From Eledone cirrhosa (lineage: Eukaryota), in contig OZ024749.1 of NCBI GenBank assembly GCA_964016885.1, positions 18,600,001 through 18,664,000 on the forward strand: a DNA stretch of 64,000 nt, in the 5' to 3' direction. Of this stretch, positions 14,268 to 27,103 are shown one piece after another. Below the pieces are notes generated by a model. The model had not been told where the DNA came from. It ran no database searches and was given only the letters and a program-made list of their open reading frames with translations. Positions within the stretch are counted from its first letter, which is position 1; each line of letters starts with the position of its first letter. A program made the position numbers and the translations under genes.

Positions 14268-15326
14268 GTTTCTTCTTCCCTTGCCAAAATTTACAGATGT
14301 TAATCTTGTGTTATTTTTTATATTATATTCCTGAAGATATTTCTTCTGCTATATTTCCTCCAAATGTGACCTCAGTCAAGATCTGAAGATGATGTAAATT
14401 TTATTCTGACCCAAGTTTAGTTAAGATTCAAAATCATCTTGTAAATATTTCAGATGGTAACGAAATGATATTTTTCCAAGAAACACAGTTCTGAGGAAAT
14501 ATTTCACAGTAATTCTGCCATAGATTTATATAAACAGTGTTATATGAGTTCTGTATGAAAAGCTTTTTTAGTCTTGAAATAATGATAAATAGAGGGGATG
14601 TATTCAATATTAAAAAATAAATTTATCCCAATGTCATCTGGTATTCTGAAATAAGAAAGAAACAGTATGAGATAATAGAGAATACTTTAGAAACAGGGAT
14701 AGATTTAACAGTGGAAATTTTATATTTCTATATTGGTAAACTGTAGATATCAACTTTCCTGTCCAGAGTTATTCTCTCCAATGTAAGCAGTGGTGTTCCA
14801 GCAAGCTCTATAAATGATATCCTTCTAACTCTTGGGAGGTCTGCCCTATAGCCTTTACCCAGGAACTTCATTCTCATATGACATTCTAACATGGTAATTG
14901 TCTGAGACCTGAGATGTGTAACTTGAGAGTTCCTTGAGTAACAGTTCTTTCAACCTGGAAGGGGAAAATGCTATGCAATTGCTTGATAACAGTCAAAAGA
15001 TTCTCACACATGGCTACCGTAGACACCCCTCCAACATCAATTGTGTTAGTCCTGTAGAAACAATTAGTGGGAATTTTATTCGCAGGGCTTTCCATAATTT
15101 TGGCTTTTTTTTTTTCTATTCTGGTTGGATGCCCTTCCTCTCATCAACCACTTTACAGCAAGGACTGGGTGCATTGTTCGTGGAACTAGAGAGGTTTATT
15201 TTACTAGACTGAAGAGCTCTCTCTACCCTGTATCAGTTTTTATTTCGAGTGTCTACAATGATGATGATGATATATACATATAAACATATATACAAATATA
15301 TTCATATGTATATATATATATATACA

Positions 15327-17238
15327 TATCATCATCGTTTAACGTCCATCTTCCACGCTAGCATGGGTTTGAACGGGAATTTTCCCACTTGAGGCAAGAA
15401 TTGGTTGTCTTGCTCGTATAGGACTGTCTGGCGGGTTTTCTACAGCTGGATGCCCTTCCTAACACCAACCACGTTTACAGTGTGGACTTGGACTGGGAGG
15501 TTTTTACAGTGTTACCTACACGACCACATTACAGCGTGGTCTGTGTTTTTTTTGTGACACCTACACAACCTCATTTATTTAGGATTGGATGTTGTGGTAC
15601 CAACATAACTTTACAGAGAAAGGGGTGGTGTAGATGGGGTGGTTGTGGGGGTAGTGGGATGGGGGTGTATTTTGGTTAAGAGGTGCCTACTGACTAGGTT
15701 TCGCTTTGCACTTAGGCAAGGCGGGTCTTCTGTATTACTGCGTAGTGCCAAAGATCTCGGTCCAGTGACATTGTCTTGGAGAGGTGTAAATGTGTGAGGT
15801 CACAATTTATCAAGTCGTCCCAGGTTTTTCTGGTCTGCCTACTCCGTGGCTACCGTCTATTTTGATCGCCCTGCACTTTTTTATACAGCTGTCATCTTTC
15901 ATGCGCATCACATGACCATACCAACATAGTCTTCTCTCGAGTAAACAGCATCTGATCCCGCTTATTCCTAATTTCTCACTTAGTTCATTTATGCTTTGCC
16001 ATTCACGTATATCACTATTACACATCCAACGGAGCATGCAAGCTTCGTTCCTCTCCAGTCTGCATATATCCTCTGCACATAATGCCCAGGTCTCACTGCC
16101 ATGTAACATTCCTGGCATCATACAGTCTGCTTTTCATTTTTAGAGAGAAACCTTTAGCGGCCGATAGTGGTATAAGCTCTCTGAACATTTTCCATCCCGT
16201 TCTGACACTAGCTACTGTACTGTCAGAGCACCCTCCACCACTGCTGATTTTGTCACCCAGGAAACAGGTGTCCACTATTTCTATAGAACCATCTGTGAAA
16301 TGGAATGAGCTAATATCTTGTGGGCACTTGCTGCTACTTATTGCACCTCAGCACCGGCCACATATAAAATCTATATTCTTAGTTAGCTTACCTGTGATCC
16401 CACTACATCTTTTATGCACCCATACTTTGCATTTGGGACATAAAATGGAGTTTCTGCCTACTCCTTTCCTACACACTGAGCATGGCCATTTCCCTGATGG
16501 GACCAGTGCCCTATTTTCCTTCCTACATACTAGAACTTTAGTCTTAGACAGGTTAATTTTAAGGCCTTTTGATTCTAGGCCATGCTTCCATGTTTGGAAT
16601 TTCTTCTCTAGTCTAGCCATTGATTCAGCTATGAGCATTAGATCATCTGCGTATAGGAGTTCCCATAGGCAGCCGGTCTTGAACTCCTCTGTTATAGCCT
16701 GAAGGGCAATAATAAATAGGAGGGGGCTAAGGACGGAGCCCTGATGAACACCAACTTTTATGCTAAACTCTTCACTATATTCCTTGTTAATTCTAACCTT
16801 GCTGACTGTTTCTTTATACATGGCTTGTATAGCTCTCAAGCCATTCATCAACACCTAGTTTTCTGAGAGCCCACCAGATAATGGGGCGTGGGACTCTGTC
16901 AAAGGCTTTCTCCAAGTCAACAAAAGCTAAGTATAGGGGTTTACTTTTAGCTAGGTACTTCTCCTGTAGTTGTCGTACAATGAAAAGAGCGTCTGTCGTA
17001 CTTTTACCTGACACAAACCCGAACTGCATTTCATCTAGATCAATTCGCTCTCTGATTAGTTGCGCTATTACTTTTTCTGTGACCTTCATGACCTGGTCAA
17101 TTAATTTAATGCCTCTATAGTTTCCCCTATCCAGGGCATCTCCTTTACCCTTGTAGCAGTTAATGATGATGCTGCTACGCCAGTCCTTCGGTACGACCCC
17201 ATTCTGTATGACTTGGTTTACTATCCGGGTGACCATAG
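15327..17238 (-). mobile_element. RTE LINE, 5'-truncated (RT, PHD-like finger, 3' UTR)
   Basis: ORFs 16814-17338, 16348-16854 and 15810-16121 are homologous to 19550-21094. The (GAT)n tail lies at about 15327. Confidence 0.93.
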
Positions 17239-17282
17239 TGTATACATATATATATGTACAAATATATATATATACATATATA

Positions 17283-18140
17283 TAAGATAAACCCTTCAAG
17301 TAAATCACATTCGCCAAATTCATCGCTGCTTTCTTCACGGTATATCATGTAACGTAATGTACACATTTTTCTACCATTTCCACACTCCAGTGGTATCCAT
17401 AGCCCAATCCTCCGACAATTCTATAGCATTTTCTCTTCCCTGAATCCAATCTTGCCTAATCCTCATGTAGTTTTGTCGTATTTTCCAAAACAAATCTGTA
17501 TTTTTTGTTATTGCTTGTTAAATACGAGGTTTTTGTCGTATTATACAAAACAAATCTTGTATTTTTGTTATCGCTTGTTAAATACGAGGACCTTATTCAA
17601 ACCTTACCTTCTCGCCAACCGAACCTTAATTCCTTAATTCTATCGTATTTTCAAAACAAAACAAAATCCTTCTTCTTCTTATAAATTCTTTTAAATATAT
17701 TTGTTACTTCGAGGACCGTATCTAAACTCTAATATTCCCGCTCCTACTATCTTCTCCCCCTCCCCTACTTCATGAGGATTCGCGGTCAGCCACCCCAATC
17801 TACATCATGCGGCCAAACCTATCCCCTCCCCCCCCCCATCTCTCTCTCTCTCTATCTATATATATATAAGATAAACCATTCAAGTAAATCACATTCGCCA
17901 AATTCATCGCTGCTTTCTTCACGGTATATCATGTAACGTAATGTACACATTTTTCTACCATTTCCACACTCCAGTGGTATCCATAGCCCAATCCTCCGAC
18001 AATTTTATAGCATTTTCTCTTCCCCGAATCCAATCTTGCCTAATCCTCATGTAGTTTTGTCGTATTTTCCAAAACAAATCTGTATTTTTTGTTATTGCTT
18101 GTTAAATACGAGGACCTTATTCAAACCTTACCTTCTCGCT
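17283..18140. repeat. Unclassified direct duplication with internal 60-bp-scale subrepeats
   Basis: TAAGATAAACC...ACCTTACCTTCTCGC occurs at 17283-17615 and 17866-18139. The first copy has an extra TTTGTCGTAT...AAATACGAGG unit. Confidence 0.8.
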
Positions 18141-21100
18141 AACAACTCAACAGTAGAAATGCTCGAACGTAAGGAAGTCGATGTTTGTTGTATTCAAGAG
18201 ACCAGGTGGAGGGGTGGGTCTGCTAGATTCATTGAGGGTAAAAAACGATGCTATAAGCTTTTCTGGGTGGGAAATGATGATGGGCTGGGTGGAGTAGGAA
18301 TCATGGTAGCAGAAAAGTGGGCAGATAAGATAATAGACGTAAATAGAGTGAACGACAGAATAATTAAAATAAGACTTGTCCTCAATAGAACTACGGTGAC
18401 AGTAATATCTGCATACGCACCCCAATCCGGACTGCCCGGCACTATAAAAGACAGATTCTATGAGACACTGATGCTCACTACCTCCCAAATAACCGACAGT
18501 GACTATATAATTATTGCAGGCGACCTAAATGGTCACTTTGGACAACATTGTGACGGCTATGACGAAATCCATGGAGGCTATGGGTTTGGTACTAGAAATG
18601 AGGAAGGCTCCAGAATCCTGGAATTCTGTGACACAAATAACCTAACTATCTGTAACACTAACTTCAAAAAACGTGACAATCACCTGATCACCTATAGATC
18701 CGGGAACACACAAGCCAGGTAGATTATATCCTTACCAGAAGACGTGACAAAGTGTCTGTTGTAAACACTAAATCCCTCCCCCATGAAGAATGCACCTCCC
18801 AACATAGACTGATAATTAGCGACCTAATAGTCAGGACGAGACGTACTAGACAACAGAAGAGGACTATCCTCAGGAGAAAAATATGGAAGCTAAAGGACCC
18901 CACAGCCAGAAATAAATTTAAAATCATACTACTTGATGCTTTCGACAGTAAGGAAGAGCAATTAGAGTCGTACAATATAGAGGAGCAGTGGGAATTCCTG
19001 AAAGCAAACCTGCTGATGGCGGCAGACGAAGTCTGTGGCTGGAGCAGGCCTGTAGGCAGGAGGAGAGTAACATGGTGGTGGAACAGTAAGGTGGAGGGGT
19101 CAATTAAGGCCAAAAAGCAGGCTTGGAAAGTATGGCGGGATGGGGGAAGTAGAGAAGACTATCAAGTGGCCAGGAGGGAAGCTAGGAGACAAGTGTACTT
19201 CGCAAGAAGGGAAGCAGAGGAAAGAAAGTTCAAGTATGTTCTACACCGCGAGGACCAAAAACGTGAGGTGTTCAGGATTGCTAGGCAATGTGTCAAGGAA
19301 AACCGTGATATTGTCGGGGAGAAGTGTGTACTTAATGATGACGGCGTACATCACTATGAAAGGCTACTAAATGAGGAGAATAAATGGGAGAAAGACAGTC
19401 TCCCCCACATCGACCCAATAGAGGGACCAGCAGTGTTAGTCGAGGGTAGTATAATAAGTAAGGCAATCAAGGATATGAAGACGGGTAAGGCAGCTGGGCC
19501 CTCGGAAATAGTTGCTGAGATGCTGAAGGCATCTGGCACGGTGGGACACACCATGGTCACCCGGATAGTTAACCAAGTCGTACAGAATGGGGTTGTTCCG
19601 AAGGACTGGCGTAGCAGCATCATCGTTAACTGTTATAAGGGTAAAGGAGATGCCCTAGATAGGAGTAACTATAGAGGCATTAAATTAATCGACCAGGTCA
19701 TGAAGGTCACGGAAAAAGTAATAGCGCAACTAATCAGAGAGAGAATTGACCTCGATGAAATGCAGTTCGGGTTTGTGTCAGGCAAAAGTACCACAGACGC
19801 TCTTTTCATTGTACGACAACTACAAGAGAAGTACCTAGCTAAAAGTAAACCCCTATACTTAGCTTTTGTTGACTTGGAGAAAGCCTTTGACAGAGTACCC
19901 CGCTCGATTATCTGGTGAGCCCTTAGAAAACTAGGTGTTGATGAATGGCTTGTGAGAGCTATACAAGCCATGTATAAAGAAACAGTCAGCAAGGTTAGAA
20001 TTAACAACGAATATAGTGAAGAGTTTAGCGTAAAAGTTGGCGTCCATCAGGGCTCTGTTCTCAGCCCCCTACTATTTATTATTGCCCTTCAGGCTATAAC
20101 AGAGGAGTTCAAGACTGGCTGCCCATGGGAACTCCTATACGCAGACGACCTAACACTCATAGCTGAATCAATGGCCGAGCTAGAGAAGAAATTCCAAACA
20201 TGGAAGCACGGCCTAGAATCAAAAGGCCTTAAAATTAACCTGGCTAAGACCAAAGTTCTAGTTTGTAGGAAAGAAAATAAGGCGGCGGTCCCTTCCGGGA
20301 AGTGGCCATGTTCAGTGTGTAGGAAAGGCATAGGTAGAAACTCCATTTTGTGTCCGAAATGCAAAGTATGGGTGCATAAAAGATGTAATGGGATCACAGG
20401 TAAGCTAACTAAGAACATAGATTTCACATGTGGCCGGTGCTCTGGTGCAATAAGTAGCAGCAAGTGCCCACAAAATACTAGCTCTTTCAACTGCGCAGAG
20501 GGCTCTATAGAAATAGTGGACAGCTTCCGTTACCTGGGTGACAAAATCAGCAGTGGGGGAGGGTGCTCTGAAAGTACAGTAGCTAGAGTCAGAACTGGAT
20601 GGAAAAAGTTCAGAGAGCTTATACCACTATTAGCCGCTAAAGGGTTCTCCCTAAAAATGAAAGGCAGGTTGTATGATGCCTGCATACGAACAGCAATGTT
20701 GCATGGCAGTGAGACCTGGGCATTGTGTGCAGAGGATATACGCAGACTAGAGAGGAACGAAGCTTGCATGCTCCGCTGGATGTGTAATAGTAATATACGT
20801 GAACGGCAAAGCATAAACGAACTAAGGAAAAAATTAGAAATAAGAGGGATCAGATGTTGTTTACTCGAGAGAAGGCTACGTTGGTATGGACACGTGATGC
20901 GCATGAAAGACGATAGATGTATAACAAAGTGCAGGGCAATAAAGATAGACGGTAGCCACGGAATAGGCAGACCCAGAAAAACCTGGGACGAGCTGATAAA
21001 TTCTGACCTCACACACTTACACCTCTCCAAGACAATGTCACTGGACCGAGACCTTTGGCGGTACTCAGTAATAGAGAAGACCCGCCTTACCTAAATACAT

Positions 21101-21583
21101 AGTAAAACCTACTACAGTCAGTAGGCATCTCTAACAAAATACACCCCCCCCCCCCATCCACACCGCTCCCTTCTATGTAAAGTTATGTTGGTGCCACACC
21201 ATCCAGGCCGAAACAAATGAGATCGTGTAGGTGTCACGACAAAAAAACACAGTCCACGCTGTAATGTGGCCGTGTAGGCAACACGGTAAAAACCTCCCAG
21301 CCCCACACTGTAAATGTGGTTGGTGTTAGGAAGGGCATCCAGCTGTAGAAAACCCGCCAGACAGTCCACGCTGTAATGTGGCCGTGTAGGCAACACGGTA
21401 AAAATCTCCCAGACCCACACTGTAAATGTGGTTGGTGTTAGGAAGGGCATCCAGCTGTAGAAAACCCGCCAGACAGTCCTATGCGAGCAAGACAATCACT
21501 CTTGCCTCAAGTGGGAAAACCCCCGTCCAAACCCATGCAAGCGTGGAACACGGACGTTAAACGTTGATGATGATGATGATGAT
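18141..21583 (+). mobile_element. Near full-length RTE LINE (APE endonuclease and RT with inserted PHD-like finger), disabled
   Basis: CIQETRW, SAYAPQ, GDLNGH, SQHRL (APE); FVDLEKAFD, GVHQGS, LYADD (RT). Frameshift near 18720, stop at 19916, (GAT)n tail. Confidence 0.95.
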
Positions 21584-21619
21584 GACATATATATATATAT
21601 GTACATATATACATATACA

Positions 21620-22228
21620 TGGTGGCTGCCAACTCGTTTTCGAGTACGGCCACTACTTTATATCCATGTAGGAGAACCCCTACTGATGCGTTGAACGAGT
21701 GTGACTTTTTAGTCCAGCCAGCGACTTGAAAACTCTGGTACAAACACTGCTCTTGTGACAATTATTGACACATAGTGCTGGGCCCATGGTACCATGTGAC
21801 GACAAGTGCAGAGAGATCTCCAGATATAAAGCAATGCCTGTGCCGTGAAGGTTTTATAGTGAGCAAAGGCACTGCATAAAGCCAGTCCCACTCTCTTAAC
21901 CAAGATGATATTTACCAAAAAGAAGAACAAGTCAACATCATTGGATACCATCAGGGTTGCAGGTGTTATATCAGAGTTTTCCTTCTCCTAGAATTCTGCC
22001 TTGACAAAGGCTAAGGGGTCATCTCCCCCGGTGATTTTGGATGACCATTGACTCTTAAAAGCTCCTTTGCCCTTTGACAGGTTTTGTTTTTAGTCCTGCA
22101 GGATGTCCAAAGTCACCCTCCTCACCAAGAAACCTTGGTGGGGTTGCCAGTTTAGTCGCCAATGACCCGACCATGAGACAGGTTGTACTGGGATACATGT
22201 TACCAGTAGCACCAACTGGTGACCTGAC
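21620..22228 (-). mobile_element. Non-autonomous bipartite RTE derivative (5' UTR fused to extreme 3' end)
   Basis: Contains CTAGGAGAAGGAAAACTCTGA (RTE 5' UTR-type motif), then a remnant C..RVFKSLAGLKSHTR finger, and ends CTCGAAAACGAG..GCAGCCACCAT like 1862-1900. Confidence 0.6.
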
Positions 22229-22282
22229 ATATATATATACACATATATTCATACATATATATATATATACATATTTATATGT

Positions 22283-22432
22283 ATCATCATCATCGTTTAA
22301 TGTCTGCCTCGCTAGCATGTGTTAGACGGGAATTGTCCCACTTCATTGATCGGGTGACCGTGTCTTGCTCGTATAGGACTGTATCTGGCAGGTTTTCTAC
22401 AGCTGGATGCCCTTCCTAACACCAACCACATT
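22283..22432 (-). mobile_element. RTE 3' tail fragment
   Basis: GTTAGGAAGGGCATCCAGC motif and (GAT)n tail. Confidence 0.8.
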
Positions 22433-22454
22433 TTATCTATATATATATACATAC

Positions 22455-22730
22455 GAAGGCTGCAAACTCTGCTAAGAGTATTGCAATCACTTGTCAGATT
22501 ATAGACTTTGGTCCACTTTTAGGCTACGGCCAACCATACAAACTTATAACATATCCTGAACAAGCAATGCCTGTGCTTTGAAGGTTTTTTAAGTTGGGAA
22601 AGGCCTTGCACTCAACCAATCCCACTCTCTGAACATCAAAAACACTACCCTAAAAGGAGAACTGATCAATAACATTGGATGTTTCCTAAGCCGCAGGTTT
22701 TCTTCCAGAGTTTCCTTCTCCTAGAAAGGT
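22455..22730 (-). mobile_element. Diverged RTE 5' UTR-like fragment
   Basis: CTAGGAGAAGGAAACTCTG...GAGAGTGGGA...AAAACCTTCA...CACAGGCATTGC, aligning with 21830-21990. Confidence 0.55.
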
Positions 22731-22809
22731 GTTGTGATAACAACTGGAGGCCTTTCACTCCCAGGCGTAAAAAAATAAATAAAATTCATAGACATATACA
22801 TACATATAT

Positions 22810-23280
22810 CGTTATCATTTAACGGCCATTTTCCATGGTAGCATGGGTTTGACAGCTTGTCCCATTTGAAGCAATTTCGGTCAGGTGACCATGTTTTGCT
22901 CATACAGAACTGTTTCTGTCTTTGTTTACACGGAGGGATGCCCTTCCTAATGCCAACCATATTTACAGTGTATGCTGGGTGCTTTTTGTTCTGACACCTA
23001 CATGACTACATTACATTGTGGACTGGGCACTTTTTGTTCTGACACCTACACAACACTTTATAGTGTAGACTAGGTGCTTTTTGTTGTGACACCTACACAA
23101 CCACTTTACAATGTGGACTGGGTGCTTTTTGTTGTGACACCTACAAGATCAATTTACAGTGTGGACTGGGTGTTTTTTGTCATAACACCTACACGACAAC
23201 TTTACAGTGTAGGCTGAGTGCTTTTTGTCATGACACCTACACAACAACTTTACAGTGTGGACTGGGTGCTTTTTGTTATA
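22810..23280 (-). repeat. RTE 3' UTR with expanded minisatellite (about 46-bp unit, about 7 copies)
   Basis: Repeats of ACAGTGTGGACTGGGTGCTTTTTGTTGTGACACCTACACAACCACTTT at 22965-23280. The same unit occurs 2-3 times in other RTE tails. Confidence 0.85.
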
Positions 23281-23724
23281 TTAAATACATTGACCCAGAA
23301 AGAAGCGTAGGGTGTGTGGAAAATCGGTAAAACTTCATCAGAGATAGAAATCCAGAATTAGTCATTTAGTTTACATAATGAGACCCCAACCCATCTTATT
23401 TATTTTATAACATATGGCATTTCTAGTAATGTACTTTTTATGTCATGTATAATGTTTTTTAATGTCTAAAGAAAATTGTCGCAGGAATGCGACCACTTTG
23501 AATAATATTTCACCAGAGATAAGAAGAATTTAATAAACAGAGGGTGTGGTGAATCAAGAGCAGGGTGGCAGTGTAAAAAATCTGAAAAATAAATAAGTGA
23601 GGGGAGATTATTTGAGATGAAAGTGAGAGTGGGGGAAGATTATTTGAGATGAAAGCGAGGGTGGGGTACAATTATTTGAGACCAAAGTGAGGATGGGGGA
23701 CCACTATTTGAGTTACATACACAT

Positions 23725-23965
23725 GTTCTAGTATGTAGAAAGGAAAATAGGGCACAGGTGCACTCTGGGAAATGTGTAGCAAAGGAGTAGGTAGAAATTC
23801 CATTTTATGTCCCAAATGCAAACTATGGGTACATAAAAGATGTAGTGGGATTAGAGGTAAGCTATCTAAGAACGTAGATTTTGTATGTGGCCGATGCTCA
23901 GGTGCAATAAGTAGCAAGTGCACACAGGACACTAGCTCCTTCTATTGCCTAGATGGGTCTATAAT
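23725..23965 (+). mobile_element. RTE fragment containing the PHD-like finger
   Basis: CSKGVGRNSILCPKCKLWVHKRCSGIRGKL...CGRC. Confidence 0.85.
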
Positions 23966-24029
23966 GTTACTCGATATTCAATGTAGCAACAAGTGAATAT
24001 TGTTATTGTAAAATAAACATTGTCAACAT

Positions 24030-24225
24030 CACAATTCTGGCATTATTCTTTTTATCATTCATCCTCAAAAGAATACATATATCCACTACATATGCAACAA
24101 ACAAAAGGGGTCCAAGAACAGATCCCTGTAGTACACCAAATGACATCTCATACAGTGAAGAATGCTGTCCTAGAACCGAGACTACCTCCCTTCGACTAAG
24201 AATGAAGGATTTTAACCAGTTAAAA
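24030..24225 (-). mobile_element. Old CR1/L2-type RT fragment
   Basis: Minus-strand translation WLKSFILSRREVVSV...GVLQGSVLGPLLFVAYV. Confidence 0.7.
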
Positions 24226-24289
24226 ACTATATATACACTATGTACAGTAGATATTATACACTATATATGATGTTGTCCAAGAGAAATGC

Positions 24290-24455
24290 TATGGCCGATA
24301 CAGCTTGGCACCAGTCACATCACAACTCATTTCTACAGCTGAGTAAACAGTGTGAAATAAAGTGTCTTGCTCAAGGAAACAACACATCACACAGTCTGAG
24401 AATCGAACTCACAACCTTTAGATTGCAAGCCCAATGTTCTAACAACTAAGCCATG
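24290..24455 (-). mobile_element. tRNA/CORE-type SINE 5' part
   Basis: Aligns with 11705-11835. Confidence 0.8.
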
Positions 24456-24682
24456 ATACGTTCCAGAAACAACCATGATGCAGAGAGACCAATCTATGAA
24501 GGGTTTGCAGTAGATTAGAGCAAAACACAATCAGTAAAACAGTAATGGAATGAAAAATAAAAACATTTTTCATAGTTAAAGCCTTAAGATGTCCCTTCCT
24601 TACGATATACACTTTAATAACTTATTTAATAAGTTTAAAATTTAAACACTTTTTATTCAGACGTAACGCGAAAAGAAAATAG

Positions 24683-25469
24683 GGCGATATCCAATTTTAG
24701 TGGACTAAATGCTGCTTACGTGCTGTAGTTGCTGCTTACTTCAATGTATGAGGCTATTCCAACAAATTTACATTCCCTTTTTTTTTAGCCGTTAAAAGAA
24801 ATATAGATTTATTTATTGTTTTTTTTTGCGATTTATTTGCCACTGGGGCATAGATTTCTTTATTTGCCACGTTTTTGTTTGTTTGTTTGTTTTGCCGGTC
24901 TGTGGGGATATGTCGCCGGCCAACAAATGGTCCTCTTCTTCCGATACCACTTTGAAAGAAGGATCAAGGTGGAGTGAAAGGCACTCAGTCCCAGCCAATT
25001 CCATGAAAGATGGGTGAAAGTAGCAATAATGGCCCGTGTAAGTGGGCCATCTCTCTATATCGGCTTGTACAGGTAAGAGAAGAAAGGAGCACCCCCCTCT
25101 CTCTGTGCTCCCTGGCAGAAAGGTCGCACACTTTCTACGAGGGTGTGTGTGACCCCAAAAGGCTGCCTCTCTATTGAGGACTTAATTTTTTATATTCCTT
25201 TTTAATCACTCGTTAAATGTTTGTACTTGATTTTTGTAAAAACTTCCCCCGTGGCAAATAAAGAAATCGTGGCAAAAACGAGGCAAATAAATAAATCTAT
25301 GCCCCAGTGGCAAATAAATCGCAAAAGAAAAAAACAATAAATAAATCTATATTTCTTTTAACGGCTAAAAAAAAGGGAATGTAAATTTGTTGGAATAGCC
25401 TCATACATTGAAGTAAACAGCAACTACAGCACGTAAGCAGCATTTAGTCCACTAAAATTGGATATCGCC
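24683..25469. mobile_element. MITE with about 190-bp TIRs and 8-bp TSD (Merlin- or Mutator-like)
   Basis: Ends are GGCGATATCCAATTTTAGTGG... and ...CCACTAAAATTGGATATCGCC. GAAAATAG is duplicated at 24675-24682 and 25470-25477. Confidence 0.9.
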
Positions 25470-25477
25470 GAAAATAG

Positions 25478-25608
25478 ATATGTTCTAACGAAAAATCCGC
25501 GATGTGGCGAGGATTACCGCGATAGGAAATTAGATACGGTCCAAAGAAATATCCGCGATATAACGGGACCGCGAAATGTGAACCGCGATATAGCGGGGCA
25601 TAACTGTA
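25478..25608. mobile_element. pogo/Tigger-like (Tc1/mariner) terminus
   Basis: Repeated CCGCGA motifs ending CCGCGATATAGCGGGGCATAACTG|TA. Confidence 0.6.
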
Positions 25609-25729
25609 TATATACACACAACATACATCTATCTATATACACTCATAACATTTATTTCTATTTTTGACTTTGAAATGTTGACTGAGGGTGCGACAACTGT
25701 TTCTTGTTTGAGGTTGTTCCAGTGGTTTA

Positions 25730-26620
25730 AATATAGACGGAGGTATTTTAAATAATAAAGACAGTCATGATAACAATATATTTTATATCACGTGTAACAG
25801 TGGAATCTGGTGATTCAACATTTCAGTTTGGAATTTTTTTTTTATATATAAAAGCGGAGAAAGAAATATATATTTTCACTTGTATATAATTACTGGATCG
25901 TTGTAGGGTTCACATAATTATATTATTTACACACATTAATAGAGACATTAAGTAAATCTTTGTCAACTTACCTCCTTCAGATATAATTAATGTGTTGTGT
26001 TGTTAGTTTTTACTAAACAACCAAAGAAATAATCTCTTTGTTATCAAATTAAAAGTTTCAAAGATCTTAGCTTTATTTCACATTAACGTTGGTGTATCTT
26101 CTTCATCTTTAGTCAGAATGAAGTAGTGGGGCTGAGCTTCTGTCTTTAGCCAGAGATTTGATAGGAAATATATATATATTAGGTTGGTATGTGGTCTAAA
26201 ATATATATATATTGTCTATAATTTACTGATAGCAGATGTTCTGGTGAAACAGTAGTTTTACTACTACAGACACAATTGTAAAGTAAGAATAGATATGACA
26301 GTGTAAGACTGATGTCGAGGAATTAAAATTGTATATATATATATATATAATTGTTACGCAAGATATAATTAGATTAATTAAAGTTATAATGAAGACAGCA
26401 GGTACTCGGTATCGTTAGGAATGTTTCAACTCTTGTACCGGTGTCGTACGTTAAAAGTCCCTGCTATAGTTTAATACATTCAGACACAGTACCAATCGTA
26501 TTTAATTGATTGTAAGTTAGAAAGTATCACTCAGTAAAATATCAATTATATATCAATAAGAAAACCACTACGTAGTCTCACTGACTGCTAGAAATAGCAG
26601 CGATATTATCCATTACAACT
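25730..26620 (-). promoter_or_regulatory. Putative first (non-coding) exon and promoter of the 13-14 kb ZF gene
   Basis: Donor GAG|GTAAGT at 25972/25971 would pair with the acceptor at 14646 (about 11.3-kb intron). The block is paralogous to 4975-5825. Confidence 0.55.
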
Positions 26621-27103
26621 GCTCTCTCTCTTTTTCTCTCTATATATATACACACATATACGTACGTATGTATGTATATGTGTATATATGGGTATGAATG
26701 AGTGTGTATGTGTGTATATGTGTACATAGGGTTTTGAAATATGTACGTTTGTGGAACATATGTGTATTTACCTGTAGGTATGTGTGAGTGTGCGTTCTAT
26801 ACTCATTTATGCATGTATATTTATATATGTATTTATAATTATATGTATATATACACACACAAACATATATTTATACGTGTATTTGGTGTATACATTCGTA
26901 TGTGTGCGGGTATATGTGTCGCGCCGGTTTACGTCCGTGTGCGCGTATTTATGTGTATGTATATGTATATGGATGCATGCCGTGTGTTTTCGCATATGCT
27001 CGTGTATAAATGTGTGTATGTATATATTTAATTATTATTACTTTTATGATTTTAATAACATCTGTCATTTTCGTTCAACTAATTTATTTACATTATTCTG
27101 GAC

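Noticed and set aside
16082-21030. Long antisense ORFs over RTE, Helitron and PLE coding regions
   Set aside because: Shadow frames of transposon ORFs.
22965-23280. Regular repeats resembling a CRISPR array
   Set aside because: No unique spacers, eukaryotic context, and the unit derives from the RTE 3' UTR.
23600-23710. About 30-bp tandem repeats GATTATTTGAGATGAAAG
   Set aside because: Short degenerate minisatellite with no further structure.
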